DNA of 64,000 nt from Eledone cirrhosa (taxonomy: Eukaryota), in NCBI GenBank assembly GCA_964016885.1, contig OZ024741.1, forward strand, positions 268,026,001-268,090,000, in the 5' to 3' direction. Positions 1 to 10,820 of the stretch are shown here, one piece after another. The position numbers and the translations under genes were made by a program. Each line of letters opens with the position of its first letter. The stretch's first letter is position 1. The notes under the pieces are model-generated. The model saw only the letters and a list, made by a program, of their open reading frames with translations, did no database searches and was not told the origin of the DNA.

Positions 1-910
1 CCTCTGTCGGATCTACCAAGGGTAATTTCTCTCTCTCCCATTCGTTCTCCACATTCATCAGTCTCTCATAATGGCATTTCCAGGCCTCCTTTTTCTGGTC
101 ATTCGTGACACTAAGTACACCGGCATCATCCCGGACACATTTATCACCAACAACATCCTGATTTGCATTGACACACTGCCTTGCAATGTGGAACACCGCA
201 CGCCTCTGATCTTCCCGTCGCAGAACATTGGCAAACCTCCTACTCTCTGCCTCCCTGCGTGCTAAGTACACCTGACGTCTAGCTTCTCTCTTAGTGGCTG
301 TATATTCTTCCCTACTCCCACCCTTATTCCAAGCCTTCCATGCTAGTCTTTTGTCTCTAATAGCCTTATCTACACTGCTGTTCCACCACCAGGTCACTCT
401 CTGTCTGGTTGGGGCTCTGCTCCAGCCACAAGTTTCATCAGTAGCCTTCAGCAAGTTGTCACGTAAGAACTTCCAGTTATTATCTATGTCATACGTCTCT
501 AAATCGTCTTCTTTTTCGTCATATACATCTTGAAGGGCTTTCCTAAATTTGAATTTTAGTGAAAGGTCTTTTAGCTTCCAGACCTTTCTTCTCCACACCT
601 TCCTATATGGCTCATTCCATCTCTTGCTTACTGAGATATCACTAACAACTAACCTATGCTGTGGGGTACATTCTTCCCCAGGGTATGCCTTGGTATTAGA
701 CACTATCTGCCTGTCCCGCTGCCTAACTAGCAGGAAGTCAATCTGGCTTATGTGCTCACCAGATTTGTAGGTTATTAGGTGATTGGCAGGTTTCTGGAAG
801 TTTGTGTTGCAAATAGTCAATGTACTTGCATCACAAAATTCAAGAAGTCTCACTCCTTCTTCATTTCTTGAACCGTAACCATGCCCACCATGTACCCCAG
901 TGTAACCATC
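1..910 (-). mobile_element. RTE-clade LINE, end of APE endonuclease plus linker (5'-truncated, runs off the window start)
   Basis: Minus-strand translation is open: HGGHGYGSRNEEGVRLLEFC...NTNFQKPANHLITYKSG...QIDFLLVR...QHRLVVSD...RVTWWWNSSV...WKCHYERLMNVENEW. These are typical RTE EN/linker motifs. Confidence 0.9.
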
Positions 911-974
911 CCAGTGTAACACATATATATATATATATATATATACATACATACATACATACACACACACTAAC

Positions 975-1506
975 CTAACTAGGAATAAAGCCAATCTCAA
1001 TTCTAAAAAATTAAATAAGCCAACCACCTCCGAACCCAGTCTCCAGACTGAAGCCTTGTGCAACTGCCTAAATAAGGAAGCCTGCCCACTTGAAAACAAA
1101 TGCCTGACAAATTACATTGTATACAAATGTGATGTCATCTCAGGAACCGATGATAGCAACAACAAAAAGATTACATCGGCATGACTTCCAATAATTTTAA
1201 GACCCGTTGGTATGCCCATACCCGCTCCTTCAGAAGACCGGACAAATCAAATCAGACAACACTCGCCTCCTATGTTTGGCACCTCAAAAGGAACTCCACT
1301 CCTTTCAAGCTTAAATGGAAAATACTCCAGAAAGCGTGCTCATACAATGGAGAACACAAGTGCTGCGACCTTTGTATCTCAGCTCCAAAATATTATTCAC
1401 CAAGGGCCCGCTACTGAACAAACTCACTGAACACTGCCTGAATTGCATGCACAAAGACTTTGAAACTTTCAAATACCTTAAGCCAATGTTAATGCCACAT
1501 GGCTAA
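975..1506 (+). mobile_element. Penelope-like element (Naiad-type) C-terminal GIY-YIG endonuclease fragment, frameshifted
   Basis: CNCLNKEACPLENKCLTNYIVYKC / YIGMTSNNFKTRWYAHTRSF...TTLASYVWHLK...KWKILQKACSY...CDLCIS / LLNKLTEHCLNCMH. Frameshifts near 1170 and 1385. Confidence 0.85.
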
Positions 1507-1654
1507 AAAAGATTTTCTCTATTTTTTTTTTTTAAACCCACTCGACAAAATACCTCCACCACCTCCTTCCCACCCTACCCCCTCTCGACCCGAAACACGG
1601 CACTATGGTCATGTAAGTACTTCTTACTCATCTGCTCTTTCCGCATGTAGAACT

Positions 1655-2203
1655 GTATACATGTGTCTGTGTATATGTGTATATTTATGAGTACATGTAT
1701 GTACGTATTTGTATGAGTCGCTGTACGTGTGTATGCGTATGTTTGTGTGTACGTGCGTTTATATGTACCTGCATATCTGTATGTATCTGTATATTTGTGT
1801 GTATATATATATATATATGTATATGTGTGTGTCTGTATGTACATGTATGTATATGTATTTATATATATGTATATGTATATGTATTTATATATATGTATAT
1901 GTATATGTGTGTATATATATATATGTATTTATATGTGTATTTGTGTGTATATATGTGTATGTATGTATATGTGTGTGTATATGTATGTGCATATATATAT
2001 ATATACATATATATGTATGTGTGTATATATATATGTATGTATGTATATATGTATGTGTGTATATATATATGTATGTATATATATGTGTGTGTGTGTATAT
2101 ATATATGTGTGTGTGTGTATATATAAATATATATGTATGTTTACGTATATATATGTATGTGTATATATATATATATGCGTGCGCGAGTTTGTTTTTGTAT
2201 CTG

Positions 2204-2230
<27 letters not shown>
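1655..2230. repeat. Compound (TA)n/(TG)n/(TATG)n microsatellite
   Basis: Seen directly; source of the spurious MYICV/HTYI ORFs. Confidence 0.95.
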
Positions 2231-2231
<1 letters not shown>

Positions 2232-2234
<3 letters not shown>

Positions 2235-2376
2235 CATCATCATCATCATCATCATCGTTTAACGTCCATCTTCCACGCTTGCATGGGTTTGGACGGAGTT
2301 TTCCCACTTGAGGCAAGAGTGGTTGTCTTGCTCGCATAGGACTGTCTGGCGGGTTTTCTACGGCTGGATGCCCTTC
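2232..2376 (-). mobile_element. RTE-type 3' tail fragment with (ATG)n tail
   Basis: (CAT)n followed by cgtttaacgtccatcttccacgcttgcatgggtttggacgg, close to the 3' ends at 3756 and 5617. Confidence 0.8.
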
Positions 2377-2430
2377 ATATATATACATATATATATATAT
2401 ATATGTGTGTATATGTATGTGTATGTCATA

Positions 2431-2779
2431 TTCATCAGAGCTAGCGAGAAACATATTCTCGCTAGCTCTGATGAATTGACTGATTATAACTATGTATTGG
2501 TGATCGATTGACGCAGAAACAGGCGGGTAGCGATCTCTAGACCTACCAGTTCAGAGAAACAATTGTCAGAAATGTGATTAAAGCCCTTATTGTATAGCAA
2601 ACCTTTCTTGATTTATCATTACTCCAAGTGTAAACAACATAGAAATCACCGCGTACTCACAACATCACTATGGAAACGCCTTGTTGAGTCAAACTTAGCC
2701 AAGCGTTGATACCATCTCGGAGTACCCTAACTGGACTACATCTAAGTGGACTACCTATAACAATAATTTGTTATCCCGT
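2431..2779 (+). mobile_element. (TA)n-bounded PLE pseudo-LTR-like cassette with 5' hairpin and candidate hammerhead
   Basis: 20-bp perfect inverted repeat 2431-2475 containing CTGATGA, with GAAACAATTGTC downstream (2556-2567). Ends ...gttatcccg then (TA)n, similar to the end near 48120. Confidence 0.5.
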
Positions 2780-2864
2780 ATATATATGTATATGTATAAG
2801 TGTGTATGTATATATATATATATGTGTGTATGTATATATATATATATGTGTGTATGTATATACA

Positions 2865-2903
<39 letters not shown>

Positions 2904-3249
2904 ATATGTGTATGTATATGTGTGTGTATATATGTATATATATATATATACGTGTGTGTGTTTGTGTGTTTTACTGGTGTGTGTGTATATATATGTATAT
3001 ATATGTATGTGTGTATATGTGTATAGGTGTGTATATGTATGTATATGTATATATATATATGTATATATATGTATGTATATGTATATATGTATGTATATGT
3101 ATATGTATATATATATATATGTGTGTGTATGTATATATGTATATGTGTATATGTATGTATATGTATAGGTGTGTGTGTGTGTGTATGTGTGTATATGTAT
3201 ATATGTATACATATATATATTTATATAAATATGTGTGTATGTATATGTA

Positions 3250-3286
<37 letters not shown>

Positions 3287-3608
3287 ATATATGTATACAT
3301 ATATATATTTATATGTGTGTGTGTGTGTGTGTATACATATATGGGTATAAGAGTGGTTTTTTGCAAGTGTGGGAGTAAAAAATTTTTTTATATGTATATG
3401 TATGTGTGTATATATGTATATGTTTGTAAATGTATGTGTATATGTTTGTATATATATATATGTATGTATCATCATCATCATCATCATCATCATCATTTTA
3501 CGTCCGCTTTTCCCTGCTTGCAAGGGTGGGACGGGAACTAATTATATATATATATAATAATATGTATATATTATATATTATATATATGTATATATATGTA
3601 TGTATATG

Positions 3609-3670
<62 letters not shown>

Positions 3671-3680
3671 TGTGTGTTTA
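2780..3680. repeat. Compound (TA)n/(TG)n microsatellite containing a short RTE tail (3468-3537, minus)
   Basis: Seen directly. The tail tttacgtccgcttttccctgcttgcaagggtgggacggg matches the 26890-26950 end. Confidence 0.9.
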
Positions 3681-3755
3681 TATAGACAAGGGTTAAAATA
3701 TCCTTTTCACTAGTCTGCTGATTTATCGTTGGTATTTAGTCTTTAATGCATTGAA

Positions 3756-4864
3756 ATCATCATCATCATCATCATCATCAACGTTTAACGTCCGTGTTCC
3801 ACGCTTGCATGGGTTTGGACGGGGGTAGTCCCACTTGAGGCAAGAGTGATTGTCTTGCTCGCATAGGACTGTCTGGCAGGTTTTCTACAGTTGGATGCCC
3901 TTCCTAACACCAACCACATTTACAGTGTGGGTCTGGGAGGTTTTTACCGTGTTGCCTACACGGCCACATTACAGCGTGGACTGTGTGTTTTTTGTCGTGA
4001 CACCTACGCGATATCATTTGTTTCGGCCTGGATGGCGCGGCACCAACATAACTTTACATAGAACGGGGTGGTGTGGATGGGGTGGGGATGGGGGTGGTGG
4101 GACGGGGTGTATTTTGTTAGAGATGCCTACTGGCTGGAGTAGGTTTTACTATATATTTAGGTAAGGTGGGTCTTCTCTGTTACTGAGTACCGCCAAAGGT
4201 CTCGGTCCAGTGACATTGTCTTGGAGAGGTGTAAGTGTGTGATGTCGGAGTTTATCAGCTCGTCCCAGGTTTTTCTAGGTCTGCCTATTCCGTGACTACC
4301 GTCTATCTTTATTGCCCTGCACTTTGTTATACAGCTATCGACTTTCATGCGCATCACGTGTCCATACCAACGTAGCCTTCTCTCGAGTAAACAACATCTG
4401 ATCCCTCTTATCTCTAATTTTTTCCTTAGTTCGTTTATGCTTTGCCGTTCACGTATATTACTGTTACACATCCAGCGGAGCATGCAAGCTTCGTTCCTCT
4501 CTAGTCTGCGTATATCCTCTGCACACAATGCCCAGGTCTCACTGCCATGCAGCATTGCTGTTCGTATGCAGGCATCGTACAACCTGCCTTTCATTTTTAG
4601 GGAGAACCCTTTAGCAGCTAATAGTGGTATAAGCTCTCTGAACTTTTTCCAACCCGTTCTGACTCTAGCTACAGTACTTTCAGAGCACCCTCCCCCACTG
4701 CTGATTTTATCGCCCAGGTAACGGAAGCTGTCCACTATTTCTATAGAACCCTCTGCGCAATTGAAAGAGCTAGTATTTAGTGGGCACTTGCTGCTACTTA
4801 TTGCACCAGAACACCGGCCACATGTAAAATCTATGTTCTTAGTTAGCTTACCTGTGATCCCACT
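3756..4864 (-). mobile_element. RTE LINE 3' fragment, copy 1 (RT C-terminus, 3'UTR, (ATG)n tail)
   Basis: ORF 4157-4954: VDSFRYLGD...GWKKFRELIPLL...KGRLYDACIRTAMLHGSETW...LERNEACMLRWM...RRLRWYGHVMR...GRPRKTW. Confidence 0.95.
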
Positions 4865-5133
4865 AATACCAACGATAATCACCAGACTACTGAAGACATT
4901 TAACCCTTGTCTATTTTTATTCATATGTGTATATATATATACACACACACACACGTATATATATATAAAATTAGAATTGGCGCTCTGAAATAGCGATATA
5001 TATATGAATGTATATATAGTGTATTTTGCAATACACTGTATGCTTAATTAAAAGCATTTCGAAGACCTTACGCTATTGTTTTAGAGTAGTGACAGTCTTA
5101 CTTACTTTAATTTTCAGCTAACAGGGGAGATAA

Positions 5134-5178
5134 AGCTGACAGAGCTATGTTTCGCACTTTTTGGTGCTTATCAAAGCT
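5134..5178 (-). ncRNA. Type I hammerhead ribozyme (U3-A8 variant), left arm
   Basis: Reverse complement reads AGCT-TTGATAA-GCAC caaaaa GTGC-GAAA-CATAGCTCTG-TC-AGCT. Confidence 0.75.
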
Positions 5179-5397
5179 AAGTACTCCGCTTGTTTGCTGA
5201 AAATCATGAATGTTTGATTCTTATAGAATTCTAGTAATAATCAGGAACTGATTATACAGAGCTGTTGCCGGTCAAGCAGAAATTGAAAATTAGAATTGGT
5301 GCTCTGAAATAGCGATATATATATGAATGTATATATAGTGTATTTTGAAATACACTGTATGCTTAATTAAAAGCATCAGGAAACAGGCGGAGTACTT

Positions 5398-5442
5398 AGC
5401 TTTGATAAGCACCAAAAAGTGCGAAACATAGCTCTGTCAGCT
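5398..5442 (+). ncRNA. Type I hammerhead ribozyme (U3-A8 variant), right arm
   Basis: AGCT / TTGATAA / GCAC-CAAAAA-GTGC / GAAA / near-palindromic ACATAGCTCTGT / GTC cleavage triplet / AGCT. Stem I extends through AAACAGG.GGAG : CTCC.CCTGTTT. Confidence 0.8.
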
Positions 5443-5616
5443 TTATCTCCCCTGTTTGCTGAAAATTAAAGTAAGTAAGACTGTCACTACTCTAAAACAA
5501 TAGTGTAAGGTCTTCGAAATGCTCTTAATTAAGCATACAGTGTATTGCAAAATACACTATATATACATTCATATATATATCGCTATTTCAGAGCACCAAT
5601 TCTAATTTTAATATAT

Positions 5617-6686
5617 ATCATCATCATCATCATCATCAACGTTTAACGTCCGTGTTCCACGCTTGCATGGGTTTGGACGGGGGTAGTCCCACTTGAGGCA
5701 AGAGTGATTGTCTTGCTCGCATAGGACTGTCTGGCAGGTTTTCTACAGTTGGATGCCCTTCCTAACACCAACCACATTTACAGTGTGGGTCTGGGAGGTT
5801 TTTACCGTGTTGCCTACACGGCCACATTACAGCGTGGACTGTGTGTTTTTTTGTCGTGACACCTACACGATCTCATTTGTTTCGGCCTGGATGGTGTGGC
5901 ACCAACATAACTTTACATAGAACGGGGTGGTGTGGATGGGGTGGGGGGTGGGGGTATTTTGTTAGAGATGCCTACTGGCTGGAGTAGGTTTTACTATGTA
6001 TTTAGGTAAGGCGGGTCTTCTCTGTTACTGAGTACCGCCAAAGGTCTCGGTCCAGTGACATTGTCTTGGAGAGGTGTAAGTGTGTGAGGTCGGAGTTTAT
6101 CAGCTCGTCCCAGGTTTTTCTAGGTCTGCCTATTCCGTGGCTACCGTCTATCTTTATTGCCCTGCACTTTGTTATACAGCTATCGACTTTCATGCGCATC
6201 ACGTGTCCATACCAACGTAGCCTTCTCTCGAGTAAACAACATCTGATCCCTCTTATTTCTAATTTTTTCCTTAGTCCGTTTATGCTTTGCCGTTCACGTA
6301 TATTACTGTTACACATCCAGCGGAGCATGCAAGCTTCGTTCCTCTCTAGTTTGCGTATATCCTCTGCACACAATGCCCAGGTCTCACTGCCATGCAACAT
6401 TGCTGTTCGTATGCAGGCATCGTACAACGTGCCTTTCATTTTTAGGGAGAACCCTTTAGCAGCTAGTAGTGGTATAAGCTCTCTGAACTTTTTCCAACCA
6501 GTTCTGACTCTAGCTACTGTACTTTCAGAGCACCCTCCCCCACTGCTGATTTTATCGCCCAGGTAACGGAAGCTGTCCACTATTTCTATAGAACCCTCTG
6601 CGCAATTGAAAGAGCTAGTATTTAGTGGGCACTTGCTGCTACTTATTGCACCAGAGCACCGGCCACATGTAAAATCTAAAATCTAT
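5617..6686 (-). mobile_element. RTE LINE 3' fragment, copy 2
   Basis: Nearly identical to 3756-4835; ORF 6002-6580. Confidence 0.95.
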
Positions 6687-6724
6687 GTATATATATATAA
6701 CAGATAGATATAGATCTGTATGTG

Positions 6725-6882
6725 TGTTAGTCTGTGTCCTTTAACTTAGCAGTTCAATAAAAGGTGATCGATATTTGAGAATAAGTATACGGGTCAATAT
6801 GATTGACTAAAAAAATCCCTTGGAGGCAGTTCTTCTACATGAAGCTATCTAGTGACTAAAACTAGTAAAAGAATAAAAGAGA
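6725..6882 (+). mobile_element. Degenerate SINE 3' part (family ending tgactgaaac.agtaaaagaataaaag); related copy at 9250-9475
   Basis: Shared terminal sequence between the two loci. Confidence 0.55.
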
Positions 6883-7624
6883 AGACTAAAGTATGTTTGT
6901 ATTGTGTGTGTGTCTATGCAAGATTGTGTGAGACAGACAGAGAGAGAGAGTGAAAGAAAGAAAGAGAGGGAGATACTTTAAATTTGGTAAACATGGCAAC
7001 CCAGGCTAAAGTCTCAGTCTTTTGTGATGCAGGCTTATTATTATTTGAATATTGAGGTCATTGATTGAGCATGGCCATTTCAACTGGAGGGGGTGAAGAG
7101 CTATGGTATAGGTGTGTGGAAGAGTGTGTGTGATACTCAACATTAATATATGTAAGTTGTGAGACACATGGTTAGATTATTAGAAGTATTATTCTCTTTT
7201 CTTCTGTTTTTCCCCCCTTTTTTTATTGTTTGCAGGGTGGGGTGAGGGGGTACTTATTGTCATACACTTATTTTCAATACATTTATTCTCTTACTTTCAT
7301 TAATATAATGTATTTGTGTGTATGTATGTATGTATGTATGTATGTATGTATATATATATAAACGGAAAAAATGAAACAAAATTTCATTTCTCACTCTTAG
7401 TACGGCTGTTACTTAAATATAAGTATATATACATACATAAATATATGTATACAGACGTACAGTAGTATGTATATATATACATACATGCACACATATATAT
7501 ATATGTACGTATGGTTTTACCGAGCATTTATTATAATGCTCGGTGTGTTTGTAAACAAACCTCCCGTATTAAGCCGTACTGTCTAGCAACCATCGTTGCC
7601 CTTTTGTTCAACACTGACAAATGA

Positions 7625-7667
7625 ACGATGTACTAGTTTCAAGCTTATTAGCTATCGTCAGCACCGT
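7625..7667 (-). ncRNA. Minimal type I hammerhead ribozyme
   Basis: Minus strand: ACGGTG-CTGACGA-t AGCT aata AGCT t-GAA-ACTAGT-A-CATCGT. 6-bp stem I, palindromic stem III, GUA triplet. Confidence 0.8.
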
Positions 7668-8050
7668 ATACCTTCCTGCCAGATGATTGAATGTCTGAAA
7701 GTATATATTTTTCTTATGCATATTAACGGCTGAGCAGCCTAATTTGCATATCGAGTGAGTTAATCGGCCAGGCGCACCGAAAACGATAAACGGAAAAAAT
7801 GAAACAAAATTTCATTTCTCACTCTTAGTACGGCTGTTACTTAAATATAAGTATGTACACGTACATACATATATGTATACAGACGTACAGTAGTATGTAT
7901 ATATATATATACATACACACATATGTATATGTACGTATGGATTTACCGAACATTTATTATAATGCTCGGTGTGTTTGTAAACAAACCTCCTGAATTAAGC
8001 CGTAGTGTTTAGCAACCATCGTTGCCCTTTTGTTCAACACTGACAAAGGA

Positions 8051-8093
8051 ACGATGTACTAGTTTCAAGCTTATTAGCTATCATCGGCACTGT
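8051..8093 (-). ncRNA. Minimal type I hammerhead, second, more degenerate copy
   Basis: Same layout as 7625-7667 but core CCGATGA and one stem I mismatch. Confidence 0.6.
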
Positions 8094-8258
8094 ATACCTT
8101 CCTGCCAGTTGATTGGCCCCATCACCTTGATTGTACCCTGAGCTGGTTGATATCGAAACAATTGTAATATGCAAATAAAATTTGTATATATTCTGCAACT
8201 GTGACTTCGACTCTTTAAATCTCTCTCTCTTTCTATATATATATATATATAACATCTG

Positions 8259-8359
8259 AATATTTCTACAAAGGACATACCCGTACCAAGCAGGAAGACA
8301 TACCTAAAACTCCTAATACAGACAATGGACTCCTTCCTTAAAAGGCTGCGTTGGCGTAC

Positions 8360-8365
<6 letters not shown>
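8259..8365 (+). mobile_element. Penelope-like (Naiad-type) ORF N-terminal fragment
   Basis: Translates STKDIPVPSRKTYLKLLIQTMDSFLKRLRWRTF, resembling the SxKNIPIP...FxKRMRWK N-terminus I recall for this PLE group. Bounded by (TA)n. Confidence 0.7.
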
Positions 8366-8400
<35 letters not shown>

Positions 8401-8433
8401 ACACGCACACATGCATCTGTGTATATGTATGTT

Positions 8434-8496
<63 letters not shown>

Positions 8497-8534
8497 GAAA
8501 GAAATGAACCTTACATGCTTCAATGGATGACAAT

Positions 8535-9055
8535 CTGGTGCCAAAACAAAAACACCCAGTCCATCCTGTAAGCTGGTCATATTGGTAACATGATAAGAGG
8601 CAGTTCCAAATGAACTGTATAAGATGCTGGTAACATGACAGGAGCCTTCCAGTCCACCCTGAGGTCATGCTGGTAATGCGAATAAAAGTGCCTAGTACAC
8701 CCTGTTGAGTGGTCATGTTGGTGACATGAGAGAAAAATACTCAGTCTACCCTGTAAAGTACTTGTGCTTGTGAACCGACAAAAAAAGCGGTCACTGGTCA
8801 TGCTGGTGACACAATGAAAAAGTACCCAGTTCAACCTGTTAGTTAGTTGTTTTAGTGCCAAGATAAAAAGCATCCAGTCCACACTGTGTATGTGGTTGGC
8901 GTTAGGAAGGTCATCCAACCATAGAAACCAAGCCAGAAACAGTTCTGTATGCGCATGATTTGGTCATCTGATCTGACTTGTCTTACAATGGGATAACTCG
9001 TCTAACCCATGCTACCATGGAAAATGGACGTTAAATGTTGATGGTGATGATGATA
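8535..9055 (+). mobile_element. SINE-like element with internal ~40-bp tandem units and RTE-type (ATG)n tail
   Basis: Repeated cagtcca.cctgta..gtggtcatgctggt units; ends aacccatgctaccatggaaaatggacgttaaa + (ATG)n. Confidence 0.7.
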
Positions 9056-9590
9056 TGTATCTAGGTTCACTGGTACACAAATTTCACCAAAGCTAATGGT
9101 TAATTCTCCCAACTTGTGTACTAGTCAACCAAAATGCATATAATACAACTCTGTTATATGTATGGAGTCACCTCGTCAATAAATGTTTGTTGTTATTTTT
9201 ACTCCAATAAATTTAAAACCAAATATTAACAAATATTTATTTTTGGTAGATGGAAACTATATGGAAGCCCATTGTATATGTGTGTGCCTGTGTATGTATT
9301 TACATTGCTATTATTTTATATGCCCTGTGATTTAATAGTCTGGCAAAACAGAGATCGGTGAAGTAATACATTTTTTTTAAATCACTAGAATCAACACCTT
9401 CAACTAAAAATCCTTAAAGGTGGTGCTCCTGCATGGCCTCCATCCAATGACTGAAACCAGTAAAAGAATAAAAGTATATACACTCTTAATATAAATGTAA
9501 TATATATATATATATATGAATATACATCATCATTACATCTGCTTTTGTCAATACTAGTAGTATGAGTTAGATGAAAACATGCATACACAC

Positions 9591-9662
<72 letters not shown>

Positions 9663-9940
9663 TGACTATCCAGGAAGCTCCAACCGTTAAGGTTGTCTTT
9701 CTTTCCGGGTATGTCAATATTTATTTATAAAACAATTCTGTATTTTATCTGATGAAAGCGCACCATAATTTGCCTTGGTGGCCCTTGAAATATATATAAT
9801 AAAATAAATATGGTTTTATAAATATAGTTTCCATTTATTAATATATTGTGTATTTACTCCACTAACTTGTTGAGTGCTTTATATCGGTTATAAAGATTTT
9901 TAAGCTTGTTGAATCCCAACAAATTAAATATAACCTCTGC
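9663..9940 (+). mobile_element. (TA)n-bounded pLTR-like cassette; second copy at 46104-46305
   Basis: About 200 bp shared with 46104-46305, ending ataacctct then (TA)n. Confidence 0.8.
9741..9806 (+). ncRNA. Type I hammerhead ribozyme
   Basis: TATTTTAT-CTGATGA-AAG..CACCA...TGGTG...CTT-GAA-ATATATAT-A-ATAAAATA. 8-bp stem I, palindromic stem III. Confidence 0.8.
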
Positions 9941-10329
9941 ATATATAATATATATATATATAATATATATATATATATTTAGAGAGAGAGACACACACAC
10001 AGACATGTACATACACACATTTTTTCCACAACACTTAATTTCTTCCCTTCTGCATATAAACCAAAACAAATACATGCGCGTGCACACACACACACTCTCA
10101 CAACGCTACAAATTTATTTTCTATACCTTCTATTTGCCCACTCCCTGCCATGCACCTCCACATATTTCTTCATTCCCATCAACAGGGATTTAGTTACTGT
10201 GATTGCAATTTCACCCACATATCAACTGCCATTTCTGACTGCTGTTAGCAGATCTTAAGGAAAAACAATTCATAACATAGAATATGTTTCAACATTTTAC
10301 TTCCTGCCACTTGTTTCTTCTTCCTTATC

Positions 10330-10503
10330 CTCCCTCTCGCCTGCTCTCCTGCTCTCTCTCTCGCTCTCTCTCTCTCTCCTGCTCTCCCCCGCTCTCTCTC
10401 TCGCTCTCGCTCTCTCCTGCTCTCCCCCGCTCTCTCTCTCTCTCTCACCTGCTCTCCCCCCTCTCTCTCCTGATTTCTCCCTTTCCTCCTCCTTCTCTTT
10501 CCT

Positions 10504-10543
<40 letters not shown>

Positions 10544-10820
10544 GCTTTCTTCCCTTTCCTCCTCCCTCTCTTTCCTGCTTTATCCCTTTCCTCCTCCCTC
10601 TCTTTCCTGCTTTATCCCTTTCCTCCTCCCTTTCTTTCCTGCTTTCTCCCTTTCCTCCTCCCTCTCTTTCCTGCTCTCTCTCTCTCTCCCTCTCTCTTTC
10701 CTGCTCTCTCTCTCTCTCTTTTCTGTCCCTCTTTCTCCTGCTCTTTCCCTTCCTCTCTCTCTCTCTCTCTCTCTCTCTGCTTTATCTATCTATCTATCTG
10801 TCTCCCTCAATCTACCTCTT
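10330..10820. repeat. Polypyrimidine (CT)n / CCTGCT-rich low-complexity tract
   Basis: Seen directly. Confidence 0.9.

Larger units (their letters stand above)
4966..5610. mobile_element. Fold-back cassette with ~235-bp inverted arms, each carrying a hammerhead ribozyme
   Basis: 4966-5200 is the near-exact reverse complement of 5376-5610. 5287-5376 directly repeats 4967-5056. (TA)n on both sides. Confidence 0.85.
7361..8115 (-). repeat. Direct repeat of ~330 bp (7361-7690 and 7789-8115), each unit with a minus-strand hammerhead
   Basis: Both units start aacggaaaaaatgaaacaaaatttc and end ccttcctgccag.tgattg. Confidence 0.9.

Noticed and set aside
1055-1506. Possible selenocysteine (in-frame TGA) in the Naiad-type endonuclease
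   Set aside because: Conserved Cys positions are TGC/TGT; the TGA stops arise from frameshifts.
1575-3696. Long overlapping ORFs rich in Y/I/C/V/M/H/T
   Set aside because: Translations of (TA)/(TG) microsatellites that lack stop codons.
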